A DNA stretch of 64,000 nt, from the NCBI GenBank assembly GCA_964016885.1, contig OZ024740.1:76694001-76758000 (forward strand), read 5' to 3'. This document shows, piece after piece, positions 12,301 to 21,831 of the stretch. The translations under genes were made by a program, and so were the position numbers. Within the stretch, counting starts at the first letter, position 1; each line of letters starts with the position of its first letter. Under the pieces are notes generated by a model that saw nothing but the letters and a program-made list of their open reading frames with translations, did no database searches and was not told the origin of the DNA. The DNA comes from Eledone cirrhosa. Taxonomy: Eukaryota.

Positions 12301-12815
12301 AAACGCCTGAGCAGGTTGGTGAGGCTCTTGCACCCTCCACCCCTATCCGCTAATCCCACACAGTCCCAGCGTGCATCTAAGATCCCGTTCCAGTCGCCCA
12401 CTAACACTAAAGAGCGCGACGTTCCAAGAAAGGTCTCCAGACGCCGGAAGAAATCAGGCCGCCCTGCTCCTGTCGGGGCATAGACGGCCACTAGCCTGAA
12501 AGCTTGCCCGTCTCCGCTGGTCACGTCCAGCACCACCAGCTTACCCTCTGGGTCCAGGAAGATGGCCCGTATGGCGAGATCCAAACCTCTCCGAAAAAGT
12601 ACAGCAACTCCTCCACCGGATCCAGGACGGCTGGGAGATGCGTACACATCGTAGCCGCCGAAGATCGGTGCGAAGGCCCGTGCTTCGGAGATTCTGGTCT
12701 CGCTGATGGCCACTACATCTATGTTTAGTGACCTGAGGTCGTTGAGCAGGTGACCCTGCTTCCATGACGACCCCAAGCCACGCGCATTTATGCTGCCTAT
12801 TCTGAGTGAGGTCAT
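9396..12815 (-). CDS. ORF2: APE endonuclease + reverse transcriptase + C-terminal Cys/His motif, 1139 aa
   Basis: APE motifs VVAISET, GGVAVLF, VYAP, LVGDWN, YLDRVF, TDHK. RT motifs KSPGLDG, FRPITLLN, LDQSKAFDRVDH, VRQGCPLS, AYADD. L1/Tx1-like LSLKGRAEVAN and GGLGMP; CPRCAQGDETVLHALVQC. Confidence 0.96.
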   Translation of the reverse strand: MTSLRIGSINARGLGSSWKQGHLLNDLRSLNIDVVAISETRISEARAFAPIFGGYDVYASPSRPGSGGGVAVLFRRGLDLAIRAIFLDPEGKLVVLDVTSGDGQAFRLVAVYAPTGAGRPDFFRRLETFLGTSRSLVLVGDWNGILDARWDCVGLADRGGGCKSLTNLLRRFELSDRYRLDFPNVPMWTWTNRIGSSRSYLDRVFCREIDRSSIGCPQFKIVSYTDHKFVICVLDLDRLHRRGPGYWKLNASLPARKAYRDRISELVKRALTGAIVNNKWWFALKRAIRIESIRFSKALAIEKNRAEGELVRKLDEALSKGIATDVLAAKLALDQFFNAKHEGCVVRARVRALRHEGTKAVQWARVAEARRGNKATIRSLVDHDGRMLLDPGQMCEAFQRNFAQLFGGSGGPGRGMDFSVYLDGLPRLSATEAKCCEKPITAAEVREAMTGCTRGKSPGLDGLPYELYVQMPDLFGGLLADVYCNWQQNGRIPSSVSRGAVALLRKDPNKGDNIENFRPITLLNTEFKILAKVLAKRLALVVGGLVGEAQTCAIPDRSIHDNLHLMRYIVERVAREPGTGGSLINLDQSKAFDRVDHRYLAAVLRAAGFGPVFRGWIAAMHSDICSVVRVNGHLSEPFNIMRSVRQGCPLSSLLYVLTLEPLLHKLETLRGVPRELGCGRSVSAYADDVTVVVSNAKHIEAIGTTLREYEAVTGAMINQEKSVGLQLGTWRGRSMPSNSVVGRWTDGPVKLLGVWFGPDLQTDKNWDEVTSRVASLTQKWAERKLSLKGRAEVANAYIASVICYRLTVVPCPKPRLTALERLLFRFLWKGRAPMVRRSICCQHPLRGGLGMPWLMMRRHALRLRHLHLFLDGDQVWSPFARRVFPQLVSLTELQSWVKRRPRGSAWRLECLQALTALDQSGNVIGGNSTSAFYRGLVEGKSDDVLGETLGVDENQLANLFGRTFGPGPMDNFQKSLAWQCYRGALPVRDKLYRHGGAVSRACPRCAQGDETVLHALVQCPKIADLWVYVEHLLSRLGRIQLSSESIVRIAPPSSFSREGQAVFICLVAMAKEIVWWTRLKGLKTSTYLFGDALIDFFKFHLKRKIRVEKEVLSSQHFVERWVREARIARVNGPTLSIYL

Positions 12816-12850
12816 GTTTAAAATAGAGTGGAAAAGATGGGAAAGACCAC

Positions 12851-14947
12851 TTACCGTACTTTTGGTAGAGGAGGGATGGTTTTTACATCCCTTTTCACTT
12901 GATCGTCTGGTGAAGGGACCGTTGAATCGTCCCTTCGGCTGGTCGTCGGCTCTTCTAAGAGAATGTCTGAGTATACTCTTCGATTGATGGTTCCTCCTAG
13001 GTCCCTGAAATCACCAACTGCGTTGGGGAATTTCGTTTTAATATTTGTGTATTGTTTCTGTGCTATTTTTAGCAGTCTTATGTTAGTTGGCGTTTTGATT
13101 GGTGCTGGTATTATGTAGTCCTGTTGTGAAATGTCTGTGTGTTCAATTATGTAAGTCATTAGTTTCTTGTTGTGTGTATTTATTGCCGTGCATTTGTTTT
13201 TCTGGGGGTGGGGTGTGGTTCTGCTATTTTCTTGTCGTTGTTGCTGGGTGTGTGTGTTTTGTTGTTGTGTTTGCGATGTTGGTGCTTGTGGTGGTGGTGT
13301 TGAAGGTGTTGTTGGCGGTGGGGTTGTCGCCGGTGGTGATGGTGGCGCTAGTGTGGGTGGTGATGGTGTTGGTGTTGTTGCTGCTGTGGGTCTCTTTGCA
13401 GTAGACTTTACCCTTTTCTCATTTCTTTCCTCCCTTTTCAAAGGCGACGATGCGCTGCTTCTGCGTTTGTGCCTTCTTACGACCTTTTGCCATCTCTCTC
13501 CCACCTCACACTCCATGTCTGATTCTGTGAGGTCGGGGAGGGGTACCAACTCCACTCTTTCACTTGTTGTTGTTGGTGATGTTTGCACTGGAGTCTCTGT
13601 TGCAGCTGCATTTGGTATTGCTGTTGTTGTTGTTAGTATTTCCACTGCTGCTGCTGTTTTTGATTTCCGTGGAGTGGGTATGGGTGCCACGGGCCTATCG
13701 TTCCTGGTTGCCGCTTGTCCTGTTGCTGGTAGCCGTGGAGCCGGATTCGGAAGGAGGGGGGTTTTCTCCTTTCTCAGGGTCTTCTCGTTGCAGAAGGCCC
13801 TGAGGTGAGTCTTCGATCCACAGCGAAAGCATTTCGGGCGTTTGCCCTCAACACTTATGGGCAGTTGAGTGCCGTTATCGAAGTCTATCACATCCGGGAT
13901 AACTTCGATGCACTCCTGGTTGGTTTGGATTAGCATCTCAATGGAGGAGCCGACCCAATCTTCTCTTACTTTTTTCTGTACTTGCAGTACAGTTGTTTTG
14001 TCCTCGATTCCGACGAGGACAGACGCGGCCAGCCAAGAAGGGGTCATTCCGGGGGGGACGTGGGTCAGTTTGACCCTCACAATTTTTTGCCCACAGTAGG
14101 AGGGCACCAACACCATTTCCTCGCTCCTTAGGGTCACTACTGATTGGGCCTTTGCCTCCTGGGGTGTGGCAAAAAGTACGTCTACGGTGGCATATTTTTT
14201 GCCTCGGGTGATGTGCGTTTTCCGCTGCCACACAGACCCCAAGGCTTTTTGTATTTGGGCCTCTGTGGCTCTTTCCACCCTACGGGATTTTGTACTTACT
14301 GTACGGTACGTGACCGTACAGTGCTCTTGGGTTTCGAAAAAATTTTTCGCTGCCTTGCAGATTGCTCGGTGTCCGTTCTTTGTCACCATCTTCTTCGCTT
14401 CCTCTAATTCCTCATTTGTTATGAGGATTGTTTCCAAGTTTTTCGCAATACCTGCAAATGAGATTGGTTTTTCTCTGCTGTTGTTGTTGTCGTCAGAGCT
14501 GCTGGTACTTTTGTTGTTGCTGCAGGTACTACGACTACTGCCTCCGCCGCTGTTGCTGTGGTTGTTGTTGGTGTTGCTGCTGCTAATGCTGTTGTTGTTT
14601 ATGCTGCTGGTGATGCTGTTGCGGCTGCTACTGTTGTTTTCATTGTCACTGTTGCTGTTGTTATTACGGCTGCTACTGCTATTATTCCTGACGTCAGACG
14701 AATGAACTGGGTTTTCGTATTTCCCGCACACCTGTTTCGTCGCTGTCGTCGTCGTCGTGGAGAAACCTTGCACGCTTTGCACGAGACTTTTCTTTTCTTT
14801 CGTCGCTTGCGAAAGAGAAGGGAGGGAGAGAGACACATTTAAAGAAGGGAGGGAGAGAGACAATCTTCTCTCTGCTGTAGTGATGATTGAGGAAGAAGAA
14901 GACGGAATGAGTGGGAGTGACGTATGAAATTTCTTTTTCGTAGCCAT
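12851..14947 (-). CDS. ORF1: gag-like nucleic-acid-binding protein with CCHC zinc knuckle (698 aa from first ATG)
   Basis: CFRCGSKTHLRAFC = CX2CX4HX4C; Asn/Ser-rich N-terminus and Pro/Thr-rich linker; lies just upstream of ORF2; ATG of MATKK at 14947. Confidence 0.9.
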   Translation of the reverse strand: MATKKKFHTSLPLIPSSSSSIITTAERRLSLSLPSLNVSLSLPSLSQATKEKKSLVQSVQGFSTTTTTATKQVCGKYENPVHSSDVRNNSSSSRNNNSNSDNENNSSSRNSITSSINNNSISSSNTNNNHSNSGGGSSRSTCSNNKSTSSSDDNNNSREKPISFAGIAKNLETILITNEELEEAKKMVTKNGHRAICKAAKNFFETQEHCTVTYRTVSTKSRRVERATEAQIQKALGSVWQRKTHITRGKKYATVDVLFATPQEAKAQSVVTLRSEEMVLVPSYCGQKIVRVKLTHVPPGMTPSWLAASVLVGIEDKTTVLQVQKKVREDWVGSSIEMLIQTNQECIEVIPDVIDFDNGTQLPISVEGKRPKCFRCGSKTHLRAFCNEKTLRKEKTPLLPNPAPRLPATGQAATRNDRPVAPIPTPRKSKTAAAVEILTTTTAIPNAAATETPVQTSPTTTSERVELVPLPDLTESDMECEVGERWQKVVRRHKRRSSASSPLKREERNEKRVKSTAKRPTAATTPTPSPPTLAPPSPPATTPPPTTPSTPPPQAPTSQTQQQNTHTQQQRQENSRTTPHPQKNKCTAINTHNKKLMTYIIEHTDISQQDYIIPAPIKTPTNIRLLKIAQKQYTNIKTKFPNAVGDFRDLGGTINRRVYSDILLEEPTTSRRDDSTVPSPDDQVKRDVKTIPPLPKVR

Positions 14948-15432
14948 GTTTTTTTGTTTAAAATGAAATTTTGGGTACAAAACCCCAATAACTGGTTATT
15001 TAACCCCGAAGGGCCAAACAACGGACAGAAAGACCCCTCTCACGAGGAGGAGGGTGTCTTTATCAACAATTTGGTTCAAGTTTTAAACAATTTACAATTG
15101 TTTTAACGGTTAAAAATTACTATACCTTACAGAGCCGAGCCTCCGTCAACCATGGCATTCAATAATAATAATAATAATGATTTCATTTATTGGCCACAAG
15201 GGCCGACATATAGGGGACAACACAATAGACAGGGACAGTGGGGGTTTACATAGAGATCGAGTAAGTATAAATAACAAAAAAAACAAAATAACAATAAAAA
15301 TACAACAATGAAAGTTCCCCAATAAGAGGGATCACCACCCAGGGTTGACTCAAGCACCCCACCAGTCCTGAGCCACCCGACGCTCCTAGGGCACCCGGGA
15401 AGGGCACCCCTCTCCTTCTCGAATTCACCAGC

Positions 15433-18400
15433 CTACAGGCGCATGATCAGAGTAGGCCCACTCACGCGGGCCATTCTCGCCACATTCACCCACCTTTCAG
15501 TAAATGTACTGGGGGGCAGCACTTCTCTCTCCACCCTCACCTTCCTTTCCAAGTGAAACTTGAAGAAGTTGATGAGGGATTGGCCGAAGAGAAAAGTGTC
15601 TGTCTTCAGTCCTTTCAACCTGGTCCACCATGCAACCTCTTTCGCTACTGCCACCAGGCAGAGGAAAATTGCCTGCCCTTCCTGACCAAAAGAAGGCGGC
15701 GGGTCAATCTTCACTATGGACTCGGACGATAGCCGGATCCGTTCTACACGCGACAATAGCTGTTCGACATAACCCCACAAGTCAGCAATGCACGGACACT
15801 GGACGAGTGCGTGCAGAACGGTTTCGTCGCTCTGCGCGCATCTCGGGCAGGTTCGTCTGACAGCACTTCCGTGCCTGTAGAGTTTATCCCGAACCGGCAG
15901 CGCCCCCCGGTAGCACTGCCAAGCGAGGGATTTCTGGAAGTTATCCATCGTCCCCGGCTCGAAAGTCCTCCGGAACATACTGGTCAGTTCTACTTCGTTG
16001 ACGCCCAGAGCCTCTCCTAGTACGTCATCGCACTTGCCCTCCACTAATCCTCTATAGAAATCTTGAGTGGAAGTTCCACTGACCGCATTGCCCACCTTGC
16101 AGAGTGCAGTGAGCGCCTGGCAACATTCCAGATGCCAGTCGCCCAGTCTCGGTCTCTTCTTGACCCAGGACTGCAGCTCAGTCAAAGAGATGAGCTGCGG
16201 AAAGGCCCGTCTAACAAACGGCGACCACACCTGTTCACCGTTTAGGCAAAATATCTGGAGATGTCGCAGCCTCAGCGCATGTCTGCGCATCATTAGCCAC
16301 GGCATGCCCAGCCCTCCACGAAGAGGGTGCTGGCAGCAGATGGACCGCCTCACCAACGGGACCCGTCCCCTCCACAAAAATTTGAAAAGGAGCCGTTCCA
16401 AATTGGCGAGGCGTGGACGGGGGCAAGGCACGACGGTCAGGCGGTAGTAGATGACGGACGCGATGTACGCGTTCGCCACCTCCGCCCGCCCTTTCAGTGA
16501 TAGCTTTCTCTCAGCCCATTTCTGGGTGAGGTTGGCTATCCTGCTCGTCACCTCGTCCCAATTCTTATCCACCTGGAGGTCTGGTCCGAACCAAACCCCG
16601 AGCAACTTTACCGGTCCGTCTGTCCAGCGCCCAACGACGCTGTTGGACGGCATGGACTTGCCTCTCCAGGTGCCGAGCTGCAAGCCCACCGACTTTTCCG
16701 GGTTAAGTTTTGCTCCCGTCAACCTTTCATATTCCTCCAAATGGGTGCGGATCACCTCGATTTCCGAGGTGTCCGACACCATCACGGTGATGTCGTCCGC
16801 ATAAGCGGACGCAGCCTTTCTACGTCCCGGTTCGAGCGGGATGCCCTGCAACAACTCCAGCTTCCGCAGTAGAGGCTCAAGAGTCAATACGTACAGAAGT
16901 GAGGAGAGAGGGCACCCTTGACGGACCGATCGAGAGATCTGAAACGGTTCCGAGAGGTGGCCATTAACTTTGACCACCGAGCGGATGCCGCTGTACATTG
17001 CAGCGATCCAGCTTCTGAAGACGGGGCCGAAGCCAGCCGCCTCGAGGACAGCCTCCAAGTACCGATGGTCGACCCTATCGAATGCTTTCGATTGATCTAA
17101 ATTGATCAGAGCCCCACCGAAGCCAGGTTTGCACCCAACCCTCTCTATGATGTATCGCATGAGGTGGAGGTTGTCGTGTATGGACCTGGTCGGGATTGCG
17201 CAAGTTTGCGCCTCCCCAACCAAATCTTTGACGACAAGCGCCAACCTTTTCGCTAACACCTTGGCCAAAATCTTAAACTCTGTGTTGAGCAGGGTTATGG
17301 GCCTGAAATTATCTAGTGTGTCCCTCTTGTTCTCGTCTTTCCTTATCAGCGTCACTACGCCACGGCTCACAGAACTGGGAATGCTCCCGTTCTGCTGCCA
17401 GTTGCAGTAGAGCGCTTCGAGGAGATCGGAGAACAAGTCTGGCATATTTACGTAAAGCTCGTAGGGCAGACCATCCAAACCGGGTGACTTGCGACTCGAG
17501 CAGCCGACAAGGGCGTCCTGAATTTCGGCTGATGTTATCGGCTCTTCGCAGCGCTCAGCGTCGGCCGTCGAGAGGCGTGGCAAGCCGTCGAGGTAGGGAC
17601 TGAAGTCCGCCGCCGTCTCCGACTCACCCATCCTCCCGAACAATCGAGCAAAGTGCTGGCGAAAGGCCTCACACATCTGCTTGGAATCGCTCAGTTCGTG
17701 TCCATCTCGATCCGTCAAAGACCGAATTGTGGTTTTATTTCCACGCTGCGTCTCTGCAAAGCGAGCCCATCGGGCAGCTTTGGTTCCCTCGTTCCTCAGA
17801 GCACGCGCCTTAGCTCTGACAATGCAACCTTCGTGTTTCGCATTGAAGAAATGGTCTAGTGCCATTCTCGCCGCTAGCACGTCTGTTGCAATGCCACTAC
17901 AAATAGCCTCGTCTAACTTAGCTATCAGCCCCTCCTCCTTTCTATTTTTCTCTATTGCTACTTCTTTGCTAAATCCTATCGAGGTTGCTCTAATCTCTCT
18001 TTTGAGTGCCCCCCACCACCTGTTGTTGACAACCCCCCCTGTCAACTTTTGCTTAACTAAGTTGTTGACCCGGTCCCTGTAAGCTTTACGTGCCGGAAAC
18101 GACATGTTTAGCTTCCAGTAGCTAGGTCCTAACCTACGTGTCTTATCTAGGTCGACCATACAGATCACAAGCTTGTGATCTGAATAGGCAACCGTTTTAA
18201 AATGTGGACATCCTACACTATTTCTATCTCTTTTCCTAATGAAAATCCTATCTATGTACGATCTAGATGACCCTATGCGATTGGTCCAGGTCCATACTGG
18301 CGCATTAGGGAAATCTAGTCGGTACCTGTCAGACAGTTGAAACTGGCTGATCAGGTACTTGAGGCTTTTGCACCCCCCGCTCCTATCAGATACTCCCACA

Positions 18401-18852
18401 CAATCCCAGCGTGCTTCTAAGATGCCATTCCAATCCCCTATTAACAGTAAAGGGCGAGACGTAAGCAGAAAGTTTTCCAGGCGCCTAAAGAAGTCCGGCC
18501 GACCGGCCCCAGTAGGGGCGTAGACGGCCACCAGTCTAAAGGCACCACCTTCGCTATTGCTCACGTCCAGGACCACCAACTTTCCGTCAGGATCCCGGAA
18601 GATTGACCTTACCTCGAGATCCAGACATTTCCTAAACAGCACAGCCACTCCACCTCCCATTCCCGGCCGACTAACAGATGCAAAGATCTGATAATCGTCG
18701 AAAATCGGCGCCAGTGCGCGTGTGTCGGAAATTCTGGTCTCGCTGATGGCAATTACATCCATTCCTAGTGACCTGAGGTCGTTGAGCAAGTGACCTTGCT
18801 TCCAGGGCGACCCCAGGCCACGAACATTTAAACTTCCTACTCTTATGGCCAT
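15433..18852 (-). CDS. ORF2: APE endonuclease + reverse transcriptase, 1139 aa
   Basis: VIAISET, IGDWN, YIDRIF, SDHK, LDQSKAFDRVDH, VRQGCPLS, AYADD, CPRCAQSDETVLHALVQC; colinear with 9396-12815. Confidence 0.96.
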   Translation of the reverse strand: MAIRVGSLNVRGLGSPWKQGHLLNDLRSLGMDVIAISETRISDTRALAPIFDDYQIFASVSRPGMGGGVAVLFRKCLDLEVRSIFRDPDGKLVVLDVSNSEGGAFRLVAVYAPTGAGRPDFFRRLENFLLTSRPLLLIGDWNGILEARWDCVGVSDRSGGCKSLKYLISQFQLSDRYRLDFPNAPVWTWTNRIGSSRSYIDRIFIRKRDRNSVGCPHFKTVAYSDHKLVICMVDLDKTRRLGPSYWKLNMSFPARKAYRDRVNNLVKQKLTGGVVNNRWWGALKREIRATSIGFSKEVAIEKNRKEEGLIAKLDEAICSGIATDVLAARMALDHFFNAKHEGCIVRAKARALRNEGTKAARWARFAETQRGNKTTIRSLTDRDGHELSDSKQMCEAFRQHFARLFGRMGESETAADFSPYLDGLPRLSTADAERCEEPITSAEIQDALVGCSSRKSPGLDGLPYELYVNMPDLFSDLLEALYCNWQQNGSIPSSVSRGVVTLIRKDENKRDTLDNFRPITLLNTEFKILAKVLAKRLALVVKDLVGEAQTCAIPTRSIHDNLHLMRYIIERVGCKPGFGGALINLDQSKAFDRVDHRYLEAVLEAAGFGPVFRSWIAAMYSGIRSVVKVNGHLSEPFQISRSVRQGCPLSSLLYVLTLEPLLRKLELLQGIPLEPGRRKAASAYADDITVMVSDTSEIEVIRTHLEEYERLTGAKLNPEKSVGLQLGTWRGKSMPSNSVVGRWTDGPVKLLGVWFGPDLQVDKNWDEVTSRIANLTQKWAERKLSLKGRAEVANAYIASVIYYRLTVVPCPRPRLANLERLLFKFLWRGRVPLVRRSICCQHPLRGGLGMPWLMMRRHALRLRHLQIFCLNGEQVWSPFVRRAFPQLISLTELQSWVKKRPRLGDWHLECCQALTALCKVGNAVSGTSTQDFYRGLVEGKCDDVLGEALGVNEVELTSMFRRTFEPGTMDNFQKSLAWQCYRGALPVRDKLYRHGSAVRRTCPRCAQSDETVLHALVQCPCIADLWGYVEQLLSRVERIRLSSESIVKIDPPPSFGQEGQAIFLCLVAVAKEVAWWTRLKGLKTDTFLFGQSLINFFKFHLERKVRVEREVLPPSTFTERWVNVARMARVSGPTLIMRL

Positions 18853-18881
18853 GCTGGCAGGATGAATGGGAGAGGAAAGGT

Positions 18882-20744
18882 TTACTTACCTTCCGGGGTC
18901 TTGTGAAGGTCGGGTGGTTCGACCTCCATGGTTTGTGGGGTTTCTTTTGGGAACCCCTTTAATAGTCTTGACGTGGGTTTTACGTTCGGGGTTCCCACAT
19001 CCCGAGGAAAGCTCTTTCGAATTTCTTTGTATGAAGCGAGCGACATTCGCATCAGAAGCAAATTATCTGGTACGCGAAATGTGCTCGCTTCAAATGTTTC
19101 CCCGTCTTTTTCGATGTTTGTGCTTCGTGCTACATGGGCCATCAATTCCTTGTTGGCCCTTCTGGCAAGCACGAAGTTTTTAATGTTTTGTTGCTCGGGT
19201 TTTATTTGTTCGTGTGATTGTGGTGGTGATAGCTTTGTTAGTGTTGTTTCTATTGTGTCTGCGTTTGTTGTGGGTGGGGTGTCTGTAGTTTCTGATGTTT
19301 GTGTGTCTATTTGTTCTTGTGTCTGTTTAGCTTGTTTGCGTTTGGGGGATTTTGGTGGTTGTGTTGGTGATGCTGTGGGGAAAATGTTTGTGTGGGTGGT
19401 GTGTGTATTTTTTTTTGTGGGGGTGTTTGTGCTTTGTGGATTTCTTTTTTTTTTGTGTTTTGTTTTTTGTATTTTGGGGGACTTTGGTTTTCCCTCATCT
19501 TCACTGCTGGAGGATGAGGGGTCTGTGGCTGTGAGCGTGTTTGTGTCTGAGTGAGTGTTTATGTTCTTGTTCGTGTGTGTATTTTGGGGGGGAGGGGGAA
19601 TGGGAGAGCTTTCCTCGTTTCCCCCCTGGGTGTGCAATTTTGGTGGTTCCATTGTTGACGGTGTTGCTGGTGGTCCTTGTCCCGGCGTCGCCAGCAGTGG
19701 AATCTTTCGACCCCTTGCGCTTTTCGGCAGTTGAGGGCAGAAGGCTCGCAAGTGTGTCGTTTCCCCACAAAGGAAACAATGCGGCCTTTTGCCCTCAGTC
19801 ATTATATGCAACACCCTCCCGTTTTGGAGGCGGATGTGGTCCGGGATTGTTTTTACGTTTTCGGGTCTGATTTGGAGCAGTATCTCCAGATCAACCCCGG
19901 ACCAGTCGTCCCTGGCAGTTCTCGTTGCCTCTACCGGGACTGTATCCGTTCCTTCCACGATTACGCAACCCAGGAGCCACCACATATCAAGTCCTGGTGG
20001 AATCCTGGGAATGCGCACACGTGCTATTCGTTTTCCCATGTGGGAGGGGTACATTATGACCTTGCTGGTTTTGCAAGGGGTCATTGAATGCTTCACAGCG
20101 AGGGCTTCAGACTTGAACAGCACCGAAACGGTGCCGTATTGCCTGCCCCTCTCTATGAAGTCTGTGTCCTCTCTGATGTGTTTCAGTGCGGCTTCTATGT
20201 CAGCTTGGGCGATTATCGCTGCCCTCTTTGTCTCTACTGAGATGCATCTGAAATGCACCGTTCTTTTTTCCACTGCCTCAATGGCTTCTGCCGGGACAGT
20301 TAAGTTTGCCCAGGTCTGCTCTTGATTTATGATTTTCCAGGCCTGGGCCAACTTTTCCTCTCTGTTGGTTAAGTCGATGCTGTAGCATGGTCTCCTTTTA
20401 GCCGCTGCCACAGCAGCGAAAGTGTTCTTGTTGGTGTTGTCACTGTTGTTGTTCTTGTTGGTGTTGCTGCTGCTATTGCTGTTGTTGTTCTCCCCTGTGT
20501 CGTGGTTACCTTCTGTGCTGTTGGCCTTGTTGGTGCTCTCGCTATTACCACCTTCTGCGCTGTTCGGCTTGTTGGTGTTGGTGTTGTCGCTGTTACCACC
20601 TTCCGCGCCGCTCGGCCCGTTGGTGCTGGCACTGTCGCTGCTCACATTCGTGCTGGTGGCGCTCCTCGCCTCACCTCTCCTCTCAACGCTCAAGTCGCCG
20701 TTGCACGACAGCAGACCCGCCTCTAGGGGGCGTGGCTCCGCCAT
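18882..20744 (-). CDS. ORF1: gag-like protein with CCHC zinc knuckle, 620 aa
   Basis: EGKRPHCFLCGETTHLRAFC knuckle shared with family A ORF1; low-complexity N- and C-terminal regions. Confidence 0.9.
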   Translation of the reverse strand: MAEPRPLEAGLLSCNGDLSVERRGEARSATSTNVSSDSASTNGPSGAEGGNSDNTNTNKPNSAEGGNSESTNKANSTEGNHDTGENNNSNSSSNTNKNNNSDNTNKNTFAAVAAAKRRPCYSIDLTNREEKLAQAWKIINQEQTWANLTVPAEAIEAVEKRTVHFRCISVETKRAAIIAQADIEAALKHIREDTDFIERGRQYGTVSVLFKSEALAVKHSMTPCKTSKVIMYPSHMGKRIARVRIPRIPPGLDMWWLLGCVIVEGTDTVPVEATRTARDDWSGVDLEILLQIRPENVKTIPDHIRLQNGRVLHIMTEGKRPHCFLCGETTHLRAFCPQLPKSARGRKIPLLATPGQGPPATPSTMEPPKLHTQGGNEESSPIPPPPQNTHTNKNINTHSDTNTLTATDPSSSSSEDEGKPKSPKIQKTKHKKKRNPQSTNTPTKKNTHTTHTNIFPTASPTQPPKSPKRKQAKQTQEQIDTQTSETTDTPPTTNADTIETTLTKLSPPQSHEQIKPEQQNIKNFVLARRANKELMAHVARSTNIEKDGETFEASTFRVPDNLLLMRMSLASYKEIRKSFPRDVGTPNVKPTSRLLKGFPKETPQTMEVEPPDLHKTPEGK

Positions 20745-21056
20745 GTTTTTTTGAGAAAAAAATTATTATTTTTTTCAAAATAAAGTTCAAATATTTGGGC
20801 CAAAAGGCCCAAATATTATGAGTTATTCCTTCACAGGATACAAATTAATGTCTTATAATGCTTCAGCGGTACAAAAAATAAACAATTCTCTACAATTAAT
20901 CCTCAAAAATTGCTTACTCACGGAGCTTCAAAAAACGTACATCCACTTTCGTCAATAATAATAATAATAATAATAATAGAGAAAGAGAAAAAGTGAAGTT
21001 GGAAAATATATTTTAGGGCCTGTTTTTCTTTTTTTCCTTTTCTTTGATTCGCCCAA

Positions 21057-21236
<180 letters not shown>

Positions 21237-21546
21237 TTTCCCCATTAAAATATTTTCCTCCCTTCTGACTTGTTTTCGTTCATTGTCTTCTCTTTGTTAA
21301 TTATCCTGATTTTATTATTATTAATCTGTGACGAATATATTTTCGCTCACATCACACCAAGGTGGTAATATATTACCTGCAGCATATCAGCATACTTGCA
21401 TAACTACCCCTCATAATTGCATGAGCTTCTGATGGTGTCACGTGGGGACTGTCAATGATATAAATATTGCATAATCATGTCATTGAAATATATATCATGC
21501 AATGAAACATTTATGTAAAAGTACCCCTATCTTAACAACAACATTT

Positions 21547-21631
<85 letters not shown>

Positions 21632-21790
21632 TTAGAATTTTCGCTCCAACATATAAGTATGTGAATTTTGTATATTTAATGATAAACGGTATGTTTACAA
21701 ATAAACATTTGGAAAGCCCTTTTGTGATGAATATTGAAAAGCTGAAGGCTAGAGTCGTCAAGCAGATTCCAGGAGAAGTAGCAGGGGATA

Positions 21791-21831
21791 ACTGTCAACG
21801 CGTTTCTGGCTTAGGCCGTCATCGGGACAGT
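21791..21831 (-). ncRNA. Minimal type I hammerhead ribozyme-like motif (core variant CCGAUGA)
   Basis: Minus strand reads ACTGTC-CCGATGA-cGGC ctaa GCCa-GAAAC GC GTT-GACAGT. Stems I and II pair and helix III is the palindrome ACGCGT. The U4-to-C change may inactivate it. Confidence 0.62.

Larger units (their letters stand above)
9132..15160 (-). mobile_element. Full-length intact L1/Tx1-type LINE (family A, copy 2)
   Basis: 5' UTR, ORF1, 35-nt spacer, ORF2, and 3' UTR with AATAAA ending GAAATC-(ATT)n; both ends abut AAT repeats. Confidence 0.95.
15179..20953 (-). mobile_element. Full-length intact L1/Tx1-type LINE (family B)
   Basis: Same architecture as family A with different UTRs and a strongly diverged ORF1; separated from family A by (AAT)6 at 15161-15178 and followed by (AAT)n at 20954-20977. 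Confidence 0.95.

Noticed and set aside
613-20754. Antisense and alternate-frame ORFs over the LINEs (poly-L, poly-C, poly-V)
   Set aside because: Shadows of GC-rich ORF2 and trinucleotide tracts; no independent protein motifs.
1-20977. Telomeric retrotransposon array
   Set aside because: Spacers are (AAT)n, not TTAGGG/TTAGG, and nothing shows a chromosome end; used only as an analogy.
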